Shown one piece after another: positions 35,731 to 49,800 of a stretch of DNA of 64,000 nt. The notes below the pieces were generated by a model. The model was not told where the DNA came from and did not search any database. It saw only the letters and a program-made list of their open reading frames with translations. How positions within the stretch are numbered: position 1 is the stretch's first letter; each line of letters begins with the position of its first letter. This stretch comes from Selaginella moellendorffii (Eukaryota; Plantae; Lycopodiophyta), in NCBI RefSeq assembly GCF_000143415.4, contig NW_003314267.1:765394-829393 (forward strand), read 5' to 3'. The position numbers and the translations under genes were made by a program.

Positions 35731-38176
35731 CTAGACCCATGGCAAAGGTAAGATCTCTCTTTCTCTCACACCTCTCTAGCTCACTCGTTTCTTCTTTGAA
35801 TGGACTAAAGTTTTGGACTAAAGTTTTGGCAGGACTGGAAGCTCACCTATATTTTTGTACAGTACACAAGCAAAAAAGAAACCAACACGAGCGATAATAA
35901 ATGCTTGCCACGTTATAGGGTTTATTGGAATTAAAATGCCATGTTGATAATAGTCTCATGCGGTGGATGTGACCATGCGTTGCCACCTTTTTAAAAGCTT
36001 ATCTTGATCAAGCATGCCATGCCCTTCAGCGTGTGCCCAGAAAGACATAGCCATTTGGGAGCACTCTTACTTACACTAGAGCAATAAAAGAGCTCCTTTA
36101 TACCTTCGCCATGCTTCAGCAAGTATCAAAAGGAGAACTACTTTAGCCAGGGCATCCAATTGTAGTGTTGTTTGCCAACACCAAAAGGCTTCGATCAAGT
36201 TAACTTCTTGGAAAACCTTTGGAAGCCAAGCACCTTGCAAACATTGGAACCAAGATGGATGATCCACACTTGACACATTAAACTCCATCGTTCATGGACG
36301 GAAGGCAACAGGGGAGTCTCCTACGTGAGCCTAGCGAGAACTTCTGGGGCGGACATCACAGCATGCTTTGGAGCCCGCTTCAAGTAGTGTGGAATCCAGG
36401 TAGCAAAACCCTCTGCACTGGCAAACCCTCTGGATTGCAAGAAACTTCTGAAGATTACAGATTCAGCTCTCTCTTGTCGAAGTACGTAGTGTCCGAATCA
36501 TCGACTGATAAGACACTGCCTCTCGTAGACTGATCCGTTCAATTGCTGTCTTAAAACCTGCCGGAATGCGGCCCTGTCAAAACCCTGCCAAAACCAAGAG
36601 AGGAAGCATCAAACATGGCGATGGAGGAAGCAGTGACCCAGGGAGTTGCGTGACTTTTTCACCGTAAAAAAGTTACGGGGTTTCATGCATCCTCAAATCA
36701 CTTCTGTTTCTCTTCGCCTCTCATCTCCAGCTCTAATCTCTCTCTCTCTCTCTCTTTCAGCTCCGGATGGCTGCGGCATTGGGCGCGCAGCGGTCGAGCT
36801 AATGTGATCATCCTCGCGGGAAATCGATCCATCGTCCTTATCAACTGGCAATGGAACTTGGTTCATAGCTAAGGAGTGGTTCTTCTTTGTTTCGATTTTT
36901 CTTCAGATTGATCACTGGGGATACTTCTTTCCTTTCGTTTTTATTTTTCAGGCATGCCAGCAAGGTCGAGTTCTTTGGTTTGGCCGATGAGTTGAGAGAG
37001 CATAAGGAGCAGAATTCCATGTCTTTCAGTGTCACAGGACAACGTTTGCAACTGAGGGGAATGGTAAATGTTGTTGCATTTGGAACCATCAGGTCTTCCT
37101 CAAGAAGCAACGTGTACTTGACCCCAATCAATTTATGATTGTTGTGAAAACACAAACAACGTTTGCGGTGCCAAAAAGCATTTTCCAGCTCAGAATTAAG
37201 CAGGGAGAAGAAAAAGGCAATTTCACATTTTCCGTCTGAAAGAATGAATTATGAACATCAAGCTTAGCATGCATACCATAGGCATCCAGATCCAAGTGCC
37301 TCAGACCTCTACTTAATCATCTTCTTGACCAACTTTAGATACAGGAGCAAGCGCCGGTACACCAGTAGTAGCAAAGACTTCCTCACCATGGTCTTACACT
37401 AGGACTTATGTTGATCACACAGCTTTCTTTTGATATAGTGAGGATGGAACGCAGTACAAAACTGTGGCTTGATGGAGGCCACTGTTTGTGCATTCTCTCT
37501 TCCGAGGAAGGACACTAGGCGGCTTCAAGCACAGGTCACAAACAATTTCTTTCACTCAATTCTTCCTTTCTTTCGTCGCTTCCAAACCATACTTCTACCA
37601 AGTGAGCGAAGACTGGAAACGGGAAGAGACGCACGAGAAGGCTTTGCACGCATCCTTTCTCAGCGTTTGGCATCAGCTGCGACACAAAGCTACGGGCAAA
37701 GTAACTGTTGCGTCCTTCCATCGATTTGCTACTCAGACAGGGTAGTAACTTTGCGTGATCAGATGCCGTCCATGTTACTGGTCTTCATTAGCAACTTTTT
37801 CGTGCAGAAAACAAAAAACTAATCACCAAAGTTTAAATGCTACAAACACTCAGTATATATAGAAATATCACTAAATCTTCCTTCCCAGCTTGCACTTACA
37901 CCATCAAACGGTGTAGAAAGTTGTGTTGCTTGCATCCGACAAGATCCGAATCCACCAGCAACCTCTGTTTTGTAAGATTTCTCCGCCCACATTTTCTCTT
38001 CCAGCAGAAAGAGAGCCACCTTCTCTCCAGCCGATGAAAAAGGCATCACTCCCGATTAAATCACATAGTGTTAAGCCACCGCCTTCAAGGTTTTGGTCCA
38101 AGTACCTAGCCATGCCTGCGAGAACCTGATCCTGTCCACTGCACATCCTGATGTATTTCCATCGCAAGCCTGGAAG

Positions 38177-40283
38177 TCAGTGAGGCAGGAGCCTTCTATT
38201 CCTCCTCCACGACCTCCTGATCACCGAGAAGAGGTAGAGGAAGAAGAGGAAGAGCAGCGCCACCAGCAGCCCGGCAAGGATTGGAAGAAGCAGCGGGGTT
38301 GCTGCCACAGCCGTCGCCTGTAAGTTGAGATCGTTGGAGGAAGCCAGCTGAAGATCTGCATTGTTGCCCCTGCCTTCGCCTTCCAACAGCGAGCTCAGGA
38401 TGGCATTGCTGCTGCTAATGCCCTCTCCTTCAAATAACTCGATGAAATCATTGACACTGCCGCTGCTCATACCGGCGTCATACAATAAACTTTGAGAGGT
38501 CGATGTTGAAGTCTCTTCAACTTCTTGAAACTTTTCTGTGTTGATCCTCTTGGCCTTCCCACCATCCTTGTCCAAGCTTCGAGGGAACCACCGCCACATA
38601 GAAGGTGGTGGCGATGGTGAAGCACTGCCACTGTTGCTGCTGCTGCTAGCTTTCTTAGTGTCACCACTCCTGTCGATTTCCCTCCTGGCCAGTAACTTTC
38701 GAGATGATCCTGCTGCTGCATGAGACTTTAGCACCTGTTCAATATCTTAGTACGAATACATCTGATTTCTGTCAGCAGAGACATACCTTGTAGGATGACT
38801 CCTTCGCCATTGCTGCCGCACTGTTCTTGTATGGAAGCGTCCTGACGGTGCTGGTGCCATCGCCTTGCAAGCTCCGCCAAAAGACTGAAGCTGGTGTCGA
38901 TGAAATATCAGCTTGCCTCAACTTTCGAAATCCTGCTGCATGATGAGACTTTAGCACCTGTTCAGTGTCCATCTTAGTACGAATACATCTGATTAGAGAC
39001 ATACCGTGTAGGATGACTCCTCGGCCACAAGTTCTTCGTTATTCTTGTCTGGAGGCTTTCTCACGGTGCTGGTCCCATCGCCTCGCAAGCTCTGCCAGAA
39101 GACTGCAGCCGGTGGCGATGAAATACCACCTTGTTCTTCTCCATCTTCTTGCACTGCTGCAAACTTCTGCCTCAGTGGAGCTATGAAGCGATCCACCCCG
39201 TGGAATACAGGACCATTCTCGCTGATGGGAGGAGCTGGTGCTGCTTCCAGTAGCATCCGTCGAGAGGTAATCACTGGGAGCCGAGAAGTGATCACTGGGA
39301 ATCGATGCCACCCCAGAAAGTTCTTGAGTTCTTCCAATAATTCCTGGGACGTCACCTCATCCTCCTCCAAGCCCGCGTCCAAAAGCCTGCTCCATATTTC
39401 TGCTTTTATGGACCGAAGAGTTTCCGGTAACTTCCAAGTCCAGGTCTCAATCAGCTGCTTAAGTTCCTCCACCTCTAGGTGCATATCAGCTTTGGACGGT
39501 AGCTCCAGCGATGGGAGAGGCGACCGCAGTGAATCCAGACTCCAGGTCCGAAACAAGCTCTTGATGTCCTCCCAGCTCAGGTTTTCATCGTCGTCATCGT
39601 TGAGTCCAGTCGTCTTGCCACCAAAAGAAGAATACTGAACTGAATCCACAGTGCCAACCATGACCGCCTCCGGCTGCAAGAGAAGATTGGGGTGAGCCCG
39701 TAAAGCAAACCATCTTAGCGCTCGAGTTACCTCTTGCAAATCATCCTCGAGTACAGGTAATGGTGGTGGATCATACTCGGGACCACTAGGTGCTGGGTCA
39801 CTGCTGGTGATCACTGCCTCGAGCTGTGAGGGTGGTGCTACCGAGGACGAACCAAAGTAATCCTCCAGCTCGATTGGAGTCACTACCTCTCGCACAAAGC
39901 TCATCGCCGGCTGCAAGAGAAGATTAACAAGAGGAGCAGACCATATAGATCGAGTTACCTCTTGCAAATCCTCCAATGGTGGTGCATCATACTCTGGAAC
40001 ACTTGATGCTGCATCACTGCTGGCGATCACTGCCTCGACCTCGAGCTGCGAGGGCAGTGCTGGGAAATCCTCCGCTTGCTTGTCCGATCGCGCTGATGCT
40101 GCTGCGCCAGGAATCTGCACGCACCCGAAAAATGTCAAAAAAAAAGAGAAGAGAACAGGAGCGAGCTCTACATACTTCCAGGAGGATCTTCAATCCTGTG
40201 GCCTGTGTGCTTGCCTGTGTGCTTTCTGCCTGTGCGCTTGGAGCGCGTCGCAACCACGAGAACGCCAACGCCAAAGCTTCCAT
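38177..40283 (-). CDS. Orphan ~648-aa protein with internal repeats and a C-terminal transmembrane anchor
   Basis: Four exons (40283-40176, 40114-39005, 38957-38787, 38734-38177) join by phase-0 GT-AG introns into one open frame. Hydrophobic helix followed by a basic tail at the C-terminus. Confidence 0.7.
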
Positions 40284-41649
40284 CGCCGCCAATATAATAG
40301 GGCATAAGAAAAAGAGGGTTACTATGTAAAGTAAAATAAAAATGAATTGAAATATCGTGAAAGGTCCGATGATCGTTATCTATGGGTAGATACTGAATCT
40401 CCTTCATATAGAAATAGAAACACCACTTATCTGCCGGATCCATCCCAGATCTTATTCCAGGATCACCACTATGACCTTATGAATATGCACCATTTTCCGT
40501 CAACTCTGGTGGTCGAAAAACCAATTTCGTCGTCTATTGGGGAGAGCGATGTCGCACAAGTTTGCAACAGTGCAGCAATAGCTACAACCACCCAACTGAT
40601 TACGGACACAACAGTAGTGCCTCTTCTTGGGATTGCACTCCTCCAAACGGGTTGCACCGCCAAATGGGTTAAGCAGACGGAGCCACAACAGAGCACAAAG
40701 ATTTCATTCAATACAATGGCCAACATGCTTATGTTTAAAAGGCGTGCATTCTCTTCAGGCGTTAGACAGCCCCACAAATACAAGTGCCATTGCAAGCAGC
40801 AAGAGGAGGCAGAATGAGGTGGGATATCTGGTGCGAATCCTGTATTTTTTTTTTCATTTTTGTACTAAAAAAGGTTCTTTTTGTTAATCAATGTCTTTTA
40901 ACATTTTGTCCAGCAGGGTGCCAGGTATGCCCTCGCTGCCACCTTGTCAACTTTAAAGATTCTTGTCTATCAAGAGTGCTGGAGCTCCGGTTTTGAACGT
41001 AACCACGCCTAATCATTGATCTAAAACCTTGCTATTGTAGAGAAAGCATGCTGAGGCAAATGGTAAAACATGCATTCACCATCAAGTAATAGTATCGTAC
41101 TTGTCTCTTGCAACTCAGCATACTCAGTTTGTAGAATTTAAAACTCAAAAGTTGTCTAGAGTTTGCCCATACCTTTCCATGCAAGAGATTGTCACGTCAG
41201 AGCCCTGCATAGTACGCGTTTCTCTTCCCTTGGACCCAATCCCTATCATCAGCAAACATAAATTGCCCGATCTCAACTTCTTGCGGTATCAGAAAATGGT
41301 TTTGGTTTCCACGAAGGATACTCCTTGTCACTTTTTGTGTGCTGAATTCCTGCTAGTCTCAGCCATGGATGTGTTTCTCTGGACTTGAGATCTGTAAAAC
41401 TAGAGCTTGAGGTAGGAGTATGTCTGCACATGTCTCGCTAGCTCCATCAACGCCAATGTCTTTGATGCTATGCCAGGGCCGTGGAAGTTATTATGAGTCA
41501 GACATTCCTTCCGGTCAAATTTTTGCAAATAAAGTTTCCTATTGAAACTCTTTTCCCATATAAAAAAAGCAGGAGCCACTTCAACATGCAATTGGGTAAA
41601 TACACGATAGAGTGATTCAATAAAGTGGTAAAAAGTAATCAAAACTTTA

Positions 41650-44234
41650 TTCATGTATTTTTTGTCACAAATTAAAATTTTACAATTGGTTTTATTTTCA
41701 AAATAATTGTGATCTTCACAACACTAATTCAAAAAGTTTTCAAATATTTTTTAATAAAAAGTTATGAGGTGGTTTTAGTGTCATTTAAATTATTTTTTAT
41801 TACTTTGTTGTACCGCTCAATTATCACCTACGGTTTTGATACAAAATGGATATGAAAGTGGATATAGTTTCTGAGTAAATATTGAAGAACCAGATAGTGT
41901 AAATGATGGTTATAGCTTCTTTCTCAACCTCTTAAGGATCTTTTGGAGTTTCTCAAAAGCATACAAGTGAGTTGATGACTAGGTAAATGACTTATCCTTT
42001 CTAGAGGGGAAGAAACTTGAGCATAATCTTGGATGAAACACTTAAAGAACTTTGAAACTTTGGTTATTTGGGCATGGAATGAGGTTAAATATAATGTATA
42101 TGATTATGGGATAAAACTTGAATATACTCTCACATTTTTAGAACTTGGGATAAAATAGTTATTAAAGGTTCTCTCATCAAATAATTTCAGAGCAAATGAC
42201 ATGAGTATTGATTAGTAGCCACTTAAAATATAATATACCTTTGAATTAAGTATATTCTTACTCTTAATTCATAAATACATTCTTTGTTTTGTAAGGCATC
42301 TACTGATAAAGGAATCCATTGTGTAATTGGATGATTAGTTGTTTTATATGAAATAACCAATCTATATAATGGAAAGATTGACAAATTCAATGTGGAAATG
42401 GAGGTGTTAGTTTTCCTTAGTTCAATAAATATTGCTAATAAATGAGCACATTAAAATTGCTATGCTAGCCCTTATATTTGATTTCAAAATCACACTAATT
42501 TTGTATTTGGTTTAAGTGCTCTATATGTATAGTCCCATTTTAGACACCCAAAAGTACCACTGACATATTAATTTCTTATGCTATGAAAAAACAGAATATG
42601 GTGTAGGTAGTTTTAGACTACTAATGAGATAATATAAACAAATATACCACAATTGATTTAAAGCATAAATGCCTATTCACTAAGTCCCACTAACTTGAAC
42701 TTCCTCACTATGTAACTATATCCTTTGTCACTAAGTAAAAACCACTCCTCTTCCTTTCTATGGTTTGTGAATCACAGCTCCAAGGCATCCTCATGTGCCT
42801 AAGTTAGCCTTCTCGCTAAGAGTATATAATCAAGGTTGGGACTCTAATTTAACCTTTGCATATGCATCTACAGATGGCATCATATAAGATGCTTAGTATG
42901 TGATGCACCAAACTTAAATTTATGGTAATTAGCTTTTCTTTCATAAGTGCATTACGGATCACAACTTAAAAACCTCATTCATCCTAACTTTCATGTTCTC
43001 TCACTGGGTAAATTAGGTAATCAACTTATAATCATACATGGACTTCTCCATGTTTGGCCTTATGGGCCTTCTTTTTTAAAGTTAACTCTAGGAATTTAAT
43101 TTTTTTGACACCAAGTCACTTAACTGTAAGTAAAAGAGACAATCCATTAGGGTTCAAATATAAATATAAAGGATTTATAAAAAAGAGTGCACCCCCTTTT
43201 TCAATTGGTTAAGGGATATTTGGGGTTAAGCATCTTTAGATTTAAGTAATATTTTACTGTATAACCTCCTAAATGAAAAGTCTAAATTCAAGAGATTATA
43301 TTAATCCACGTAAAATGGTTCTATGCATAAGCAAATCCTCAAATTCCAAACTTCTATTTAAAGTAATTCTTATGAATATGTAGGGATTACTTCCCTAACC
43401 TTGATAGCTTAACTTTATAGCAAGCTTCAAAACTTCTACTCTAATTTCACATATAATTACAAACCAATTATACTTGGTTTCCTAATTACTATTTTACTCA
43501 AATTTGCCTTTGGAATAATAAGGGGATTTCACCCTTTAGTTTGTCAAGACCTCTCTTTTCACAAATTTTCTACTTATCATTTAGTTTAATATATACACTT
43601 TCATACTTTAGACTCTTTATAGTACTATGGTTGCAAGCAGTAAATCCTAGATTAAGTGACTAAAGTAAAATGAAAAATTTAATCTCAAAACTAAATTATT
43701 TATAATTCCAAAATAAGTGAAATTTACTTTATAACTCACATAGATTGGGAATATCAACTATTTGATCTCCTATGGGAGATAGAGTTAGCTTTTGAATATT
43801 TTACCAAGTCACCCCACTTGTCCATCCATTTTCAACTTAGCTTTGGACTCCTCAATCATCACCCACCATATAAGTAGAGCCTTCCTTAGTCATACTAGGC
43901 TTTAGACTCCTTAATCATCACCCACCACATAAATGTAACCTTCCTTAGTCATACTAGCCCTACTAGTTCCATTAGAATCCTTCCTTTACCATCCCATAGT
44001 GACTCACTAAACCCTCCAAGGTTTTGGAGATAATTATTTTAGGCTTTCACCCTTAGTCTCGAATTTGATCTCAAACTTAGTCTTGGACCTAGTTTTGGAT
44101 TTAGTTTTGGATTTGGTTGTAGACTTAGTTTCAAACTGAGTCTCAGACTTAGATGTAAGCCACAATTTATTTTTTTCAATTTGTTAACTTACCTCGTCTA
44201 TCCGACCACCACGGCCTTGGCTTTAGCCTTAGTT
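41650..44234. repeat. Old AT-rich TE relics, including eroded copies of the neighbouring LTR family
   Basis: TTAAGTGACTAAAGTAAAATG at 43652-43672 equals the LTR 3' end. ~43980-44155 is an inverted, heavily transition-mutated match to LTR ~44740-44915. A ~60-nt tandem duplication lies at 43840-43960. Confidence 0.7.
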
Positions 44235-44449
44235 AAGTTTGTGAAACACAAAATCCCTAAGCCCCAAAGTGGAGCCGGAAGGGCGCCACATGGTAGTGGC
44301 CGAAGCAAAAGCCAAACGAGCGTAACATGTTTGGACTAAAAGCTCCGACTTGAAAGGTCGAGAGTGGGAGTGGAACTCCCAACAAAATGCTCGAGGAACA
44401 AGCGCGAAGCGAGCAATAAGCGAGGCTCTAAAAAGGGACCCAAAAGGAC

Positions 44450-44714
44450 CAAGATGGAGTCCGCGATGGAGTCCGAGGTGGAGTCTGAGATGGAGTCTGA
44501 GATGGACCTGAGATGGAGTCCGAGATGGACCGAGACGGAGTCCGAGATGGAGTCCAAGGTGGAGTCCGAGATGGAGTCCGAGATGGACCCGAGATGGAGT
44601 CCGAGATGGACCGAGACGGAGTCCGAGATGGAGTCTGAGATGGACCCAAGATGGAATCCAAGATGGAGTCCGAGAAGGACTCGAGATGGAGTCCGAGGTC
44701 GAGACCGAGACCGG

Positions 44715-44755
<41 letters not shown>

Positions 44756-44840
44756 GGACCAAGACTGAGACCGAGGCCAAGGCCGAGACCGAGCCCGAGC
44801 CCGAGTCTGAGTCCAAGTCCGAGTCCGAGTTCGAGCTTGA
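44450..44840 (+). repeat. Hexamer minisatellite (GAGTCC/GAGATG/GAGACC) within the 5' LTR
   Basis: Period-6 array producing low-complexity ESEM/ETET reading frames. Confidence 0.9.
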
Positions 44841-46804
44841 GAAGGTGAAAGCCCAAAGCGTTCGTCTCCCAGACCCTAGGGGGTTTGGTGAGCTCCAAAA
44901 GTATAGTAAGGGGGAGGACTGTAGTGGAGCCAGTTTGGCCCAGGAAGGCCAAACCCAGTGTTGGGTAATGAACTGACCACTGGGAAGTCCAAGACTAGAG
45001 TGAATACGGACTGACAAGCGGGGTAGCTTGGTGAAGTGTTCAAGAGCCGGCTCTAGTTCCCCCGGGAGATCGATTGGCCGATGCTCCCAATCCAAGTGTG
45101 GGTGGCACTACCTACTTGGATACCTGGTGTGGCTCAACAGAACCTCGCTCTAAGCACATGGCTAAAGCACCTAAAGGCGGAAGGTGGGGAGAGTACCCGT
45201 GGGCCACGGTGTTCCGAAATATTGTCCCGAAGTCCCAAATGGGGGAAACCGGGCCTGTGGGCCTTGATCTGGTGGCAGTGCTGGTGAACATAGCCATGGA
45301 CGGAAAAGGGACTTGGCAGGAACTGACAAAGGGATATTGGGGAAGGCTATTCCCCATGTTTGTGGGCATCCTAAGGATGCTAAGGAGTGGATTTGGGAAG
45401 ACCACTTGTGGATGGATGGCCCAGTCTTGGAGAGACGGGATTGTGATACAAGTGGTATTGGACCACTAGTGCGGCAAAGGTGAATGGGCATGGCCTTAGC
45501 ATAACGGGCTGATATGTCTATAGTACCTTTGGGTGTCGATCTTGGGACTGGACACGTGGAGCACTTGGACTAAGTGCAAGGGATGAGTGGCATGGATGCC
45601 ATTCTCGGGACTAGTAAGTCCCAAGTCCTGAATTGAACTTAAGGAGGTTGTGAATGAGACTCTTCCAAGTGGACAGAGGTGTGGTTAAGTGACTAAAGTA
45701 AAATGGAAAAATTAGTCACTTACAACTTGGTATCAGAGTTGTTCCTTAGTCCGACTTTTATTGGTGTTGAAGTATACCACCACTAGTATTGGCATTGGAA
45801 GGTCCTAAGAGTGGGCCTATCCTTAAGGAGTAGCATGTTGAGAGGACATGGCTCTCCACTCAAGTTCATGCATGAACTTGGGCGCGATGTGGTGGATAGA
45901 AAAGGGGCCAGTAAGGGAACGACTTTGGGATCTTGGGAACAGTATAAGGGTTTCCTCAGAGAGTTGAGAATGTGATCCAGATGAGTGTTTGACGTAGCCA
46001 ACTGGCTAATGTAGTTGTGGTAAATGACTATAGTTAAAATCACGTGAAAGATAGGGACTCCAAAGCAATAAAGGAGTCACAAGATTATCCTCATATAGTT
46101 GAGGTTAGTGCTTATGAATGTGAGACCAAAAGTAATGACCACAGGAGGTCAAATACAGAAAAGGACACGGTTCTTTCAAGGTTCCCAAAGATGATTCTAG
46201 GTAGCTTAGTACCTAGAAAGGCCAAGTGTAAATGGTTCAAAGCACATGCGAAATCAGAGTGGCGCAACAGAAGCGTGGTCTTAAAGCTTGCCATGAGGCA
46301 AGGCTATCAAGGTTAGGGAAGTAGTTCCCGAGTGTTCAAAGAGAGGGCTTTGAACGAAAATCGATGGTCAACGACTTTCACGCTTATGCAGGAACCATGT
46401 TACAGTGGTCGGAGGACTTGCCAAGCGAGATTAGCAAGTTGGGGGAACGAATACCCTAGTTGAAGGTGATTACTTATAAAGGGTGGGCCACGGGGCCAAG
46501 CATGGAGGAGTCCATGCATGATCACGGACTTGTCAAGTGAGAGGACTTGGCAGTGTGGAGGAACTAGGTTCCTAAGCTGTGATCTGTAGCGCGCTTTAAA
46601 TATAAGTTGGTGCACCGGTGTGGGGAGTCATGCTAGGCATCTAGGGTGATACCGTCCGTAGATGCATATATGGAGGTTGGGTCCAAGTCCCAACCCTCTA
46701 GTGCTTGGGTTCGAGTCCTAAATCATTAGGGTGTGGTGATGGTTTGGAATATGAAGACACTCATATTTCGGTGGTCATGGACTCTCAGTGAGGAGACTGG
46801 TTTG

Positions 46805-49800
46805 TGTCAAGACCCCTAACAAGATCAAGACTAGAAAATGCTAAAGACAAAGAGAAAAAGCTAGTGAAAACAAAGAAGAGGCCTTAGACTGGTGTTGATT
46901 CAAATTGTGGAGAAATGGAACAAGGCTAATTTATATATACTATAGGTTGATGAAGCTCCACCACTCTTGGATCGAAGATGGCCTAAATATAGTTGAGGTT
47001 GAGGAGGTGCCACATCAATATCAAGAATGTGGCTCGATACTCAGGAATCGGGAAGTGTTTTGAGAGTCAGGAATAGGGAAGTGTCTCGAGAGTCAGGAAT
47101 AGGGAAGTGTCTCGAGAATCAGGAATGTGGTCTGCAGGTCAGGAATCCAATGAGATTCAGGAATGTGGCAAGGATTGGGGGATTCCTGACAGCACCCCCT
47201 CCTCAAGAACGAGTGGAACGAGAATGTGAATGAGAACGACGAGGAGGATGAGATGAGCGGCGAGGGATGGGAGATGGAGAAAAAGAATGAGGACTGGGAT
47301 GACTAGGATAGCGGCGATGGAAGTCCTGAACAAGGTCAGGAGAATGAATTAGGTTGTCTGCAGGTTCCCAAGTGCGTTCTTTAGGCCCGTAACCCTTTCA
47401 GTCGACCAGATAGTAGAGTTTAGACCGTGAAATCTTTGAATCAAGGATGTCCTGAACCTCGTACTCAGACCCATCCTCGAGCTGCACTGGTGGAGGTGGA
47501 GGAATGACCCGATTGGGAATAGGACTGGGAATATAAGGCTCAAGGAGAGAGGAATGAAAAACGGGGTGAATTTGATATGAGGAGGGAAGTGCAAAGCGAT
47601 AAGTGACAGGATTAATGATGGCAGTGATAGGGAAAGGACCGAGGCGTTTGAAATCAAGTTTTGGACAGGGCTTGGTGGTGGAGATATTTCACCTGAGGAG
47701 CCAAACTTTATCCCCGATATTGTAAGGGGGACAATCCTGACGATGGACATTGGCAAATGTTTTGTGAGATTCCTGAGCACGATGGAGGTGGAAGGAGATG
47801 GAGTTGTGGATTTCTTGGAGGTTGGAGACAAATGCCTCAGAGCGGGGATTTGAATGAGAGGATTCGGATGGAGAAGGAAGTGAGAGATTGAATCGGGGAT
47901 TTCGGCTAGAGTTTGCAAAGAAGGGGGAAATTCGAAGAGAGGAGTGAATAGAGTTGTTATAGGAGAACTCAGCAAGGGGAAGGATATCGAACCAGTTATC
48001 CTGATGATAGTTGATGAAGCACCTCAAGAATTGTTCCAACGTCTGAATCGTTCGCTCGGACTGCCCATCAGTTTGAGGATGATACGCCGAAGAAAGGTTG
48101 GCCTTCACTCCAAGCAGCTGCAAAAACCGTTGCCAGAAATGAGAGATGAACTGAGGCCCCCGATCTGAAACCACATCTATAGGAATCCCATGAAGTTGGA
48201 AAATTTCCCTGAATACCAGTTTTGCCATGTCCTCGCCCGAAAACTCCTTGGTACATGGCAAGAAGTGCGCCATCTTTGTGAAGCGATCCACCACGACTAA
48301 AATGCTGTTGAAGCCTCCAGAACTCGGAAGATCACTCAAGAAATCCATGGAGATGGATTCCCAAGGACCTGAAGGGACCGGAAGGGAACGAAGCAAACCT
48401 GAAGGAAGGTGGCGAGGTACTTTATTCCGGGCGCAAGTGTCACAGGAGGTAACAAAAGCTTTGATGTAGTCGTCCATGTGAGGCCACCAAAAGTCCCGTG
48501 CAACTAGCTCATAGGTTTTCGCAATGCTGAAGTGACCAGCAGTCGGGCTATCGTGGCACGCCATTAGGACCAACCTTCGAGCATCACCTTCAGGAACGTA
48601 AAGCTGCTCCCCACGGTATAATAAGCCATCTAAGAACTCGAACTCGTCAAATCGCCAGCAGTCGGGAGTCACAGGGTGTCCAGCCTGAAGATGGGGGAAA
48701 ATGTCGCTGGCGAGATCATCGGATTGAAGATCGTTTCTGATGGCATCCATCAAGGAAGAGTCCTGAAGGGCCAGGGAAATTGCCATAATTTGAAGCCGAT
48801 CAGGACCGAGGATAATTTGATCTTGTTGATCGAAGGCAGGATTACCAGGCCTGAGACTAAGATAGGAGCGCCTTGAAAGAGCATCAGGAAGGCCTTGAAG
48901 CTTTCCAGGTCTGTACTTGATAACATAGTCAAACCGACTCAGGAATTGTGCCCACCTTGCTCGACGACGGCTTAAAACTCGAGAAGTGGCAAAGTACTCG
49001 AGATTTTTGTGATCCGTCCAGACTGTTGTTTGATGGCCCGCCCCCTCCAAGAAACGGCACCACTCTCCAAAGGAATCCACGATGGCAAGGAGCTCCTTGT
49101 CGTGGATTTCGTAATTGATCTCCGCAGGCTGGAATTTCCGAGAATGGAAAGCGACTAGATGAAGTTCTTGATCCACTCCGAGTTGAGACAGCACAGCACC
49201 GATGGCAAAGTCGGAGGCGTCAGCCTCGATGAAGAAAGGTTGTGAGGAATCAGCATGGATCAAAACGGGAGCAGAACTGAAGGCTGCCTTGAGAGTGTCG
49301 AAGGCGTGCTGGGCAGCAGTAGACCAAGAGAAGGGAACATCCTTGCGAGTGAGATGCGTGAGAGGAAGGACAATGTCAGAGTAGTGATCAATGAACTCGA
49401 GCAATCGGGGAGGCTTCTTGGGACACACAACTGCTTTGTGATTAGGATCAGCACAGTAGAGGCAAAGATTATGAGATATTCGACGTTGCTTCTTAGCAGA
49501 ACTCAACTTCCCTCTAATGAGTCGGGGAGTACCAGAAATATCCATCGGGACCGGAGCAGTAGGTTCAGGACTATGCCCCGAAGACTCAAGCTGGGATTCC
49601 TGAGACTGGGACGGAAAAACAGCGGCACGGCGACTTTCCTGACGACGTTCAAAGAGACGATTGTCACATCGAACAGCTTTGTTGATGGCGTCCGACAGGT
49701 CCTTGGGATCCTCCATGGTGAGCAACAAATCCTTGACACCGTTGTTGAGGCCGAAACAAAATTGGTCAATCAGGGCCCGCTCATCCCACTGAGTGTCCAA

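Noticed and set aside
36000-38100. Exon-like fragments, including a peptide weakly resembling a mitochondrial-carrier motif
   Set aside because: No consistent spliced ORF or recognisable family could be built.
40330-41650. Hydrophobic short ORFs upstream of the orphan gene
   Set aside because: Frame-broken and unrecognised; cannot distinguish a pseudogene from noise.
44229-45095. Long low-complexity ORFs (ESEM, ETET, GLGL, SRTP) here and at 52010-52915
   Set aside because: By-products of the period-6 LTR minisatellite; open in several frames and on both strands.
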